From assembly GCA_031279305.1 (NCBI GenBank), contig JAITIS010000045.1:1-48253 (forward strand): 48,253 bases of DNA. The letters run 5' to 3'. Shown here in pieces: positions 41,431-48,253 of this stretch. Under the pieces are notes generated by a model, which made no database searches, was not told where the DNA came from, and saw only the letters and a list, made by a program, of their open reading frames with translations. The position numbers were made by a program, and so were the translations under genes. The number at the start of each line of letters is the position of its first letter. Positions within the stretch are counted from its first letter, which is position 1. The stretch is from Candidatus Margulisiibacteriota bacterium (GTDB lineage: Bacteria; Margulisbacteria; Termititenacia; Termititenacales; Termititenacaceae).

Positions 41431-41471
41431 GTTCTGGCCTGTTCGAGCGCGCCAGCGCGGAGTCTCGTGCC
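41431..41471 (+). repeat. Degenerate copy of the tRNA-Arg 3' end
   Basis: GTTCGA[17-nt insert]CTCGTGCCGGATACGCCA compared with tRNA 41366-41389 GTTCGACTCGTGTCGGGGACGCCA. 21/24 positions are identical outside the insert. Confidence 0.4.
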
Positions 41472-41589
41472 GGATACGCCAGTTAAAAACAATTCAAATT
41501 TTAACTAAAAAATTATTGTATTTAACTTAAATCTAATGTTAAACTATTTTGTCTTATTTATTAAGATTATTCCGGAAGGAGTTTTCACG

Positions 41590-42927
41590 ATGAAAAAGTT
41601 TTTTACGGTTTTCGTAAGTGTTTTGCTGTGCCTGACGCTTTGGGGCTGCGGCGGCGGAGACAGCGGCAAAACCAAACTGGTGATGTGGATTATGCCCAAT
41701 TCACAGGAGCCGGTGAACGATCTCCAGCAGATTTTGCGGCCTTTTCTTAATAAAAATCCTGACATCGAAGTGGAAGTCGTATCGCTGGATTGGGGTTCAG
41801 CTTGGCAGAAAATCACCACCGCCGCCACGTCCAAAGACGCTCCGGATATTGTGCAGCTTGGCTCGACTTGGGTGGGCGCGATTGCTTCAATGGGCGCTAT
41901 GTATGATGTTTCCGCCAACATCGCGGCAGCCGGCGGCGGCAAAAATCTGTTTGTGGATTCCGCTTGGGCGACCTCCGGCATTATCGGCTCCCCGGAGGTT
42001 ATCGCTGTGCCGTGGATTGTGGATGTGCGCGTGATGTTTTACCGCACGGATGTTTTCCGCCGGCTGGGATTGACCGCCAAAGACGTGGCGACTTGGAGAG
42101 ATTTTGAGGCGGCGTTAGCCAAAATTAAGGCCGCCCGGCTGTTCATCGACAATAAAAAAATCGAACCGCTCGGCATTACCGGCAAAAACGACTGGAACGT
42201 TATTCATAATCTAGTGCCTTGGATTTGGTCCGGCGGCGGCGAGCTGTTAAACGGCGACCACAGCGCCAGCGCGATTAACGGCTCGGGCGCGCAAAGAGGC
42301 TTGCTGTTTTACATCGATCTTATCAAAAAGGGCTTTGTGCCGATACAGTGTCTGGAGCAAAACAGCAGCCAGATATCCTCGGATTTCAACAACGGTCATT
42401 ACGCCATCATTTTTGACGGTCCGTATCAGCTCAAAGGAATGACCACTCCGCCGGAACGCGGCGGCGGCGGCGGCACTTTTGTGGCTAAAAATTTTGCCGT
42501 GGCTCCCTATCCAGCCGGGCCGGCTGGCCGTTTCGCTTTTTGCGGCGGCAGCAATCTGGCGATTTTCAAATCTTCAAAAAACAAAGAAGCGGCGTGGAAA
42601 GTCGTGCAGTACCTGACCACGGATGACCGCGCGCAGGTGGCTTATTCCCAGCTGACTGGATTTTTGCCGGCCAAGCGCACGTCTTTTGATAATCCGTATT
42701 TCACCAATGATCCCTTCCGCAAAGTTTTTTCCGACGCGGTGAAAGTCTCCAAAGCCTATCCCTGCATTCCGGCTTGGGGGCCGATTGAAACGGTGGTTTT
42801 GACCAGGCGTTTTGGCCTGATGTGGAGCGACGTGGTCAAGGATCCAGAAGGATTCAGCCAGTTAAAGCTCAAATCCCATCTGGATGCGGCCAAACAAGAA
42901 ATGGATATAATGCTGGAAAGAAAATAA
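41590..42927 (+). CDS. ABC sugar transporter substrate-binding lipoprotein (family 1 SBP)
   Basis: MKKFFTVFVSVLLCLTLWGCGG lipobox after GGAAGGAG. The pattern LVMWIMPNS...LDWG.AW.KI is typical of CUT1 binding proteins. Confidence 0.85.
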   Translation: MKKFFTVFVSVLLCLTLWGCGGGDSGKTKLVMWIMPNSQEPVNDLQQILRPFLNKNPDIEVEVVSLDWGSAWQKITTAATSKDAPDIVQLGSTWVGAIASMGAMYDVSANIAAAGGGKNLFVDSAWATSGIIGSPEVIAVPWIVDVRVMFYRTDVFRRLGLTAKDVATWRDFEAALAKIKAARLFIDNKKIEPLGITGKNDWNVIHNLVPWIWSGGGELLNGDHSASAINGSGAQRGLLFYIDLIKKGFVPIQCLEQNSSQISSDFNNGHYAIIFDGPYQLKGMTTPPERGGGGGTFVAKNFAVAPYPAGPAGRFAFCGGSNLAIFKSSKNKEAAWKVVQYLTTDDRAQVAYSQLTGFLPAKRTSFDNPYFTNDPFRKVFSDAVKVSKAYPCIPAWGPIETVVLTRRFGLMWSDVVKDPEGFSQLKLKSHLDAAKQEMDIMLERK

Positions 42928-42931
42928 ACGA

Positions 42932-44266
42932 ATGGCAGATAAAAAATTTAGAGAAGAACTGATCGAGGCCAGCAAAGGCATATTAAACATAGAGTTAAGC
43001 ATCTTTGCCAACTTCGACAAACTGAAACATAAGATTAAATTCAGCATCAAGCGGCAGTTTTCGCAGCAGGTGCGCGACTATTACGCGAAAAACCGCCGGA
43101 TTTACAAGCCGATCATTCAGTTTTTCCTGATGTTAGCTTATCTGGCCTGCATCGCGCTGGTCAGCGCTCTGGGGTTATGGCTGGGCGGGTTGCTCGGACG
43201 GGACACGCCGGGGATTATCTTAAAAATTACGCTGGGTTTAGCCTGCGCGCTGGCTGATCTTTTTCTGGCCGTGTTGCTGGTCGGCACGCTGGATCGTTTT
43301 TTGAGCCGCTATCAATCTTTCCGCGAAAATAAACTAGCCTATATATTTATTTCTCCCGCGGTGTTCTGCCTGATTCTCCTGCATTTTCTGCCGCTGTTGC
43401 AGGGCGTCTGGATGTCGATGCTCAAGCTCGATCAGTTTACTTTCAGCCAGTATCTGGGCGCGCCATTTATAGGTTTGAGCAATTACAAAGATATTGTGCT
43501 GGGTCTTTTTAATCCGGAGTCCCCGGTCGGCTTTGGCTTTTTGAAAGCCCTGCGCAACACGTTTTTTTACGCGCTGATCGTCACTTTTGGCACGCTGGGG
43601 CTCGGTATGATTGTGGCGCAGATGCTCAACCGCGCTTTCAAGGGGCGTAATATCCTGCGCGGGCTTTTTCTTTTTCCCTGGATAGTCCCGACTTTCGTGG
43701 TTGGTATGCTCTGGGGCTTTATGTGGCAGAAAGAAAACGGCATTATCAATATTATTCTCTACGATATTCTGCATCTTAATGTTTTGCTGGGCTGGTTTGG
43801 CGTCGCGGCGGAAAAACCTTTTTGGCTGATGGGCGATCCGCTTACTCTGGCGGCGATCATTGTTCCGACTATCTGGCGCGGCTGGCCGCATCCGATGTTA
43901 ATGCTTTTGGCCGGACTGCAGGGCATCTCCAATGATTATTTTGAGGCGGCGGACATCGACGGCGCCAACGGCTGGCGCAAATTTTGGTATATTACTTTTC
44001 CGCTGCTCAAACCGGTCTGGGCGATCCTGCTTTTATTCGGCCTGATTTTTAATGTGTACGCTTTCAATATCGTGTATATGATGTTCGGCAACGGCGCGGG
44101 TTTTCCCGGCGACTGGGGGGATCTGATGATGGTCAATATTTTCCGCAATTCTTTTCAGAGTTGGAATTTTGGCGCCGGAGCGGCTTTGTCCCTGATCCTG
44201 ATGACGCTGATGCTGATCGCGGTCAGCTTTTGGTACAGATTTTACCGCTCCGCGGAAGAGGGTTAG
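42932..44266 (+). CDS. ABC sugar transporter permease (MalF/UgpA type) with ~130-aa N-terminal extension
   Basis: EAA loop EAADIDGANGWRKFWYITFPLLKP. The canonical core starts near LAYIFISPAVF. It is preceded by a charged segment and two extra hydrophobic segments. Confidence 0.85.
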   Translation: MADKKFREELIEASKGILNIELSIFANFDKLKHKIKFSIKRQFSQQVRDYYAKNRRIYKPIIQFFLMLAYLACIALVSALGLWLGGLLGRDTPGIILKITLGLACALADLFLAVLLVGTLDRFLSRYQSFRENKLAYIFISPAVFCLILLHFLPLLQGVWMSMLKLDQFTFSQYLGAPFIGLSNYKDIVLGLFNPESPVGFGFLKALRNTFFYALIVTFGTLGLGMIVAQMLNRAFKGRNILRGLFLFPWIVPTFVVGMLWGFMWQKENGIINIILYDILHLNVLLGWFGVAAEKPFWLMGDPLTLAAIIVPTIWRGWPHPMLMLLAGLQGISNDYFEAADIDGANGWRKFWYITFPLLKPVWAILLLFGLIFNVYAFNIVYMMFGNGAGFPGDWGDLMMVNIFRNSFQSWNFGAGAALSLILMTLMLIAVSFWYRFYRSAEEG

Positions 44267-44269
44267 CCG

Positions 44270-46132
44270 ATGCTGGGATTTATCCGGGATTTTCTTAAAA
44301 TGCCCTATCACATTAAGAAAAAAGTGATGGACCGTTTTTACAATGTGTTGATGTACGGCACTCTGGCCGTGATGCTGTTTCCAATCTTCTGGATGTTTTT
44401 CAATTCTTTTATGAATAACAACGACATCGTGCAGGGCAAGATTTTTTTTCAGCGCGCGGCCAACAATGTGCTTTTGACCGAACGTATCGGCAATAGACTT
44501 TTGGTCTGCACGCGCGACGGTTCGGTCAATTATCTGGACGCCGAGACTGGCAAGTTGCTGGCGCGCAAATCTTTCAGAACCAGCAACACCAATTTTGCCG
44601 TGGACGGGCGTTATATCTGGCTGTCGTCCGCGGATAAAGGCTTGATCCGCATCGCTAAAAATAATTTTTCGGCCAAGCGGGTAAAAGCCCGCTGGGGCGG
44701 CCGCAAGCTGGATTTCAACAAAATTTCCAAAACTCTGCTGGCTGTCGATCCGGAAAATTCGCGGCTCTGGCTGACGCTCGGCTACCTTAATTATGATCTT
44801 ATTCTGGAGTATGACACTAACACGCTAAAACTCTCCTCCGTCTATAATCTGCTGGACGAGCTGACGGATTTTTATGATAAATTTTCTATCGGCAATATTT
44901 TTTATAACGGCGGGCGTCTCTATGCGGCGACCAATCTGGGCGTGGCTGTCATCGATGCGGACAAACTCCAGCTGGTGGATATTATCCGGCATCCGGATTT
45001 TGAAAATTCGGACATTCGTTATATGGACTATGACGAGGCCAGCGGAAGTTTGTTTATGAATTCGTTTTCCAAAGTGTATGCTTATCGGGACGGAGAGCTT
45101 CGGGACATCTACAATACTGTGTCCGAGGAGAGTTTTGAACAAATCGGTTATATGACCGCCGGTCCGGAGTTCATCGTGCTGGGCACCGGCAGCGGTTTTT
45201 TGCTCATAGATAAAAACGGCAGCCTGCTCAAAAGTGTGGATATTCCGCTTTTTGACGACGTGAATAAAAAAGGCAAGCTCATCAACCCCGGGCGCTATGT
45301 GAACGCTGACGTGTCTTTTGCGGATATTCAGGGGCAAAAAATATATGTCGCCACTTCTTACGGGCGTGCCGCGGTGTACAATGCCAAAACCGGAGCGGTG
45401 GATAGCACCTATCTAGTCGACCGTCCGGCTTTTTACACGCTGTTCTGGCGCAATTATATTGACCTTTTTTATAATATTGATTTTGGACTTTTCGTGCGCA
45501 ATTCTTTTATCATCTGCGGATTAACCGCCTTTTTTTCGATGATTCTGGCCACGATTACCGCTTACGCGCTGGTGCGCTTTGATTTTCCGGGCAGTAAATT
45601 TTTGAGCACGACAATCCTGTCCACGCAGATGATACCCGGCACGATGATGTTGATACCCGTGTACATTATGTTTATCAAAATCACCGAATTGACCGGGCTG
45701 CCGCTCAAGGGCACTTTTGGCGGTATGATTTTTATTTACTCGGCGTTTTTCTTGCCTTTTAGCATTTGGATTTTGCGCGGCTTTTTTGCGTCTGTGCCGG
45801 TGGCTTTGGAAGAGGCGGCCACGCTGGACGGCTGCACGCCGTTTCAGATTTTTTACAAGATCGCTCTGCCGCTGTCTATGCCGGGCATTGTGGCGACGGG
45901 CATTTATGTGTTTCTGACCGCCTGGGATGAGCTGGTTTTTGCCTGGGTGCTGACCGGCCCGCACACTATGACCATACCGGTGGGCATCCGGCTTTTTGTG
46001 GGTAATTTTCAAAACCGCTACGATCTGCTGATGGCTGCCTCCACCGTGGCCACCGTGCCGGTGATGATCTTATTTATCCTGCTGCAAAAACAAATCGTCT
46101 CCGGCTTAACCAGCGGCGCGGTGAAGGACTAG
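44270..46132 (+). CDS. ABC sugar transporter permease (MalG/UgpE type) with ~345-aa insertion after TM1
   Basis: 620 aa versus roughly 280 for typical members. TM1 is GTLAVMLFPIFWMFFNSF. A repeat-rich soluble segment follows (about residues 55-400). The normal core then resumes: FVRNSFIICG..., EAA loop EEAATLDGCTPFQIFYKIALPLSMPG. Confidence 0.8.
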   Translation: MLGFIRDFLKMPYHIKKKVMDRFYNVLMYGTLAVMLFPIFWMFFNSFMNNNDIVQGKIFFQRAANNVLLTERIGNRLLVCTRDGSVNYLDAETGKLLARKSFRTSNTNFAVDGRYIWLSSADKGLIRIAKNNFSAKRVKARWGGRKLDFNKISKTLLAVDPENSRLWLTLGYLNYDLILEYDTNTLKLSSVYNLLDELTDFYDKFSIGNIFYNGGRLYAATNLGVAVIDADKLQLVDIIRHPDFENSDIRYMDYDEASGSLFMNSFSKVYAYRDGELRDIYNTVSEESFEQIGYMTAGPEFIVLGTGSGFLLIDKNGSLLKSVDIPLFDDVNKKGKLINPGRYVNADVSFADIQGQKIYVATSYGRAAVYNAKTGAVDSTYLVDRPAFYTLFWRNYIDLFYNIDFGLFVRNSFIICGLTAFFSMILATITAYALVRFDFPGSKFLSTTILSTQMIPGTMMLIPVYIMFIKITELTGLPLKGTFGGMIFIYSAFFLPFSIWILRGFFASVPVALEEAATLDGCTPFQIFYKIALPLSMPGIVATGIYVFLTAWDELVFAWVLTGPHTMTIPVGIRLFVGNFQNRYDLLMAASTVATVPVMILFILLQKQIVSGLTSGAVKD

Positions 46133-46156
46133 CTCTGGTAACCGTTGCCGGCACAG

Positions 46157-48253
46157 TTAAAACTCCAGCGCCCAGATTGCGTTTGGCCTCATATACATAG
46201 TAGCGGTGAAATGCCCGTCCGTGTCCCAGCCTTCCGGTGTGCGGAAAAAAAAGCCGCGGCGGTAAATAATATCGGCCAGCGTATTCAAAACTTTTTCTGC
46301 TTCTTCGGCCATACCGTATTTGAAAAATAAACTGCACAGCGCGAAATTCGCGCCAACCCAGATATCGCGTCCTTGCTCGGCGGCGGTCAATTTATTCCGG
46401 CCGGTCTTGCCGGAAATGATTCCCCAGCGGCCGTTTTGCGTGCCTTTGTAATTGTATTGATAAATAGTTTTCAACGCGGAAAGGACTTTATTTCTGTCCA
46501 GCGCCGGTTCCTCGTCCAGCAGATCGAGATACCACTGGCCGATTAGCTGGTCAGCCATTATGTCTGTATTGCCGGCGCAAAAATTATAATATTTGCCGTT
46601 CCAGAGTTTTTGGTCAAAAGTTTTCCGCGCTTTGCTGAGCAGGACAGCGTATTGAGCGGCGGCTTTTTTTTCGCCCAGCGCGGATGCCGCGCTGCTCAGC
46701 GCGCGCAAAGACGCCAGCCAGAGGCTGCCGCAATAGGCCGACACGCCGCGCATCGCCCAGTTGTCATAGGTCTGGTCGGGATAGCCGCTATTTTCCGGTA
46801 TGCCGTCTTTATCTTTATCCATTTTTTGCAGATATTGAAACGCGGTCTGCAGCGCCGGCCATAGTTCCCGCAGAAATTTCTGGTCGCCCGCATAGACATA
46901 ATCCCGGTAAACCAGCAAGATAAATTTGGGATTCAGGTCTTTCCAGTAGTTGGTGTTCTGCCAGGTGTAGGCGGCCGGCTTGAAAAACGGATTTTCTTTG
47001 GGCGAGCCCAGATCGTGCGGACAGGCTCCGGCGGCCTTTTTGCGGTCATAGCAGAGCAGCCGTTCTTTCCGGTCTGGGGGCAGAGGCAGGCCCGGCTTTT
47101 CCGCGTGAAAATGGTAGCGTATGTTTTGTTTGTCTTCCGCGAAAATATTTTGGGCAAAATCCCGCATTATTTTTAACTCAATCTGCGGCCAGAATTTAAG
47201 CAGGGGAAAAGATCCGTAAAAACGCACGTCCAGCGTTTCATAAAATGGATAATCAAAACATTCCAGCAGGCCGAATGAGCCGGTGTCCGCATCCCAGCAC
47301 GAGCCGCCGTCCGCGAGAAAGTACAGCTCATTGATCAGCATTTGGAAATAATTTTGTCTGCTTTGCTCTGAGCTTAATTGTTTGGCCGCGCGGCTGTTGT
47401 CGATGATGTCTTGGTGCCAGCTATCGATCTGCTCCGACCAGCTCCGATGCTGGCGCGCGGCGGCCTGGAGCAGGGCATAGGCATTGCGTCCGCTCCGGTC
47501 AAAAAAACGCGTGTAGCGCTTGTGTCTGTTTATGCCTTGACCGAAATGCATAACCGGCAGATCCCAAGCCAGCACAAAAATTATTTTTTTTGTTTCACCG
47601 GCTTTAAGCGCAACCTTGCCGGCTGCTGCCGCGCCGTAATTTTGATGCTCCGACAGACGCGGCGGGTTAAGACTGGACAGCGTGCCCTTTCTGGCAAAAC
47701 TTTTGAATTCCGCGCCGTCACCCTGTAGATAAAAATAATTCAGAGCCGAAGTTTTGACTGTGCTATCCGCCAGCACGGCGATGCCGATTTCGCCGTCCAG
47801 CTCGTTCACGGCTTTTTCCCGCCGGCCGTTCGGCAGATTGCCCATTATCACGGCGGTCAATTTTTTATCCCGGCGCAGGACGTGTCTCTTATTTTGATTA
47901 TTTTTGACGAAACCGCACCAGTTATCCTGCGCGTCCGGCCGTTTATCCTCGAATCCCCAGCCGGTCATATTGGCCCAGCTTATAGCCAGCGCGACTTCGA
48001 TTTTTTCCGCGGACTTATTGCGCACCGTATGCTCGAACACCGCGATTGGATAACCGGTTTCTTTATAATTATGCGGCAGCACCGGCGAATATTGCTCGCA
48101 GGTTATCTTGGCGGGCTGCGCCGGATCGTCAAAAACATATTTGGCTTTGGGGTAAGTAGCGGCGTAGCGGACGTGTTTAGCATTGAAACAGGGCGCGAAT
48201 TTTCCCAGCGCGCTATCCGCGTAAGGTCTGGCCGCCAGGGTATTGAGATAGAT
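46157..48253 (-). CDS. GH116 (GBA2-type beta-glucosidase/glucosylceramidase) family protein, N-terminus off the right edge
   Basis: The reading frame stays open from 48253 (IYLNTLAARPYADS...EQYSPVLPHNYKETGYP), so the tracked GTG at 48082 is internal. The C-terminal FRTPEGWDTDGHF...YMRPNAIWA is GH116-like. Confidence 0.8.
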   Translation of the reverse strand: MYLNTLAARPYADSALGKFAPCFNAKHVRYAATYPKAKYVFDDPAQPAKITCEQYSPVLPHNYKETGYPIAVFEHTVRNKSAEKIEVALAISWANMTGWGFEDKRPDAQDNWCGFVKNNQNKRHVLRRDKKLTAVIMGNLPNGRREKAVNELDGEIGIAVLADSTVKTSALNYFYLQGDGAEFKSFARKGTLSSLNPPRLSEHQNYGAAAAGKVALKAGETKKIIFVLAWDLPVMHFGQGINRHKRYTRFFDRSGRNAYALLQAAARQHRSWSEQIDSWHQDIIDNSRAAKQLSSEQSRQNYFQMLINELYFLADGGSCWDADTGSFGLLECFDYPFYETLDVRFYGSFPLLKFWPQIELKIMRDFAQNIFAEDKQNIRYHFHAEKPGLPLPPDRKERLLCYDRKKAAGACPHDLGSPKENPFFKPAAYTWQNTNYWKDLNPKFILLVYRDYVYAGDQKFLRELWPALQTAFQYLQKMDKDKDGIPENSGYPDQTYDNWAMRGVSAYCGSLWLASLRALSSAASALGEKKAAAQYAVLLSKARKTFDQKLWNGKYYNFCAGNTDIMADQLIGQWYLDLLDEEPALDRNKVLSALKTIYQYNYKGTQNGRWGIISGKTGRNKLTAAEQGRDIWVGANFALCSLFFKYGMAEEAEKVLNTLADIIYRRGFFFRTPEGWDTDGHFTATMYMRPNAIWALEF

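Noticed and set aside
41536-41589. Upstream extension of the binding-protein ORF (MLNYFVLFIKIIPEGVFT...)
   Set aside because: The ATG at 41590 has a GGAAGGAG SD and starts a canonical lipoprotein signal peptide. The extension is AT-rich leader sequence.
43334-46012. Minus-strand ORFs of 163-185 aa inside the two permease genes (43334-43891, 44825-45337, 45521-46012)
   Set aside because: They are antisense to genes with clear EAA-loop permease signatures.

Overview
This is a 48.3-kb gene-dense bacterial chromosomal fragment. There is no rRNA, so I make no taxonomic call. An outer-membrane beta-barrel candidate and a CreD-like protein suggest a diderm envelope. Composition is mosaic: spot G+C counts on single 60-nt lines give 32/60 in mutS, 21-26/60 in several orphan genes, and 37-47/60 in the low-complexity gene and copA.

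Most genes are housekeeping:
- a partial U32 peptidase, tsaD, purA, ispH and mutS
- a cobalamin-riboswitch-like leader plus metE
- an LCP protein, yqeK and an RRM RNA-binding protein
- gcvH-gcvPA-gcvPB and a sigma-70-family factor
- sugar-nucleotide enzymes
- scattered glucan genes: a DUF4015-type hydrolase, a GH13 enzyme, GH77 MalQ, a CUT1-type ABC importer and a partial GH116

There are four tRNAs (Thr-CGT, Thr-TGT, Phe-GAA, Arg-CCT). I recognised no CRISPR array, integrase, transposase or phage gene.

The best candidate for something undescribed is 25.3-31.9 kb on the minus strand. A fur-family regulator is followed by a translationally coupled chain of four proteins I cannot assign to any family:
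- a two-repeat 321-aa protein
- a 143-aa coiled-coil protein
- an untracked 41-codon ORF with ATGA and TTGA overlaps
- a 506-aa Ser/Ala-rich protein with a single CxCxxC

The chain ends in a divergent P1B-type ATPase (TPC instead of CPC, DKTDTLT instead of DKTGTLT, extra N-terminal region). The two promoters in this cluster share a 19-bp ATTGA-N9-TCAAT dyad with Fur-box-like architecture. The cluster abuts tRNA-Thr(CGT), whose 3' end is perfectly duplicated 198 nt downstream, an att-like footprint.

Second-tier observations:
- a MalG-type permease carrying a ~345-aa beta-propeller-like periplasmic insertion
- a GC-rich copA sandwiched between large AT-richer orphan genes, one with three helicase-associated-like repeats
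- a degenerate copy of the tRNA-Arg 3' end
- an ARE-like ABC-F whose 3' end overlaps a tRNA
- tandem 15-bp operator-like repeats upstream of a small ORF and an Smr gene

All family calls come from motif recognition by eye. No database search was run.
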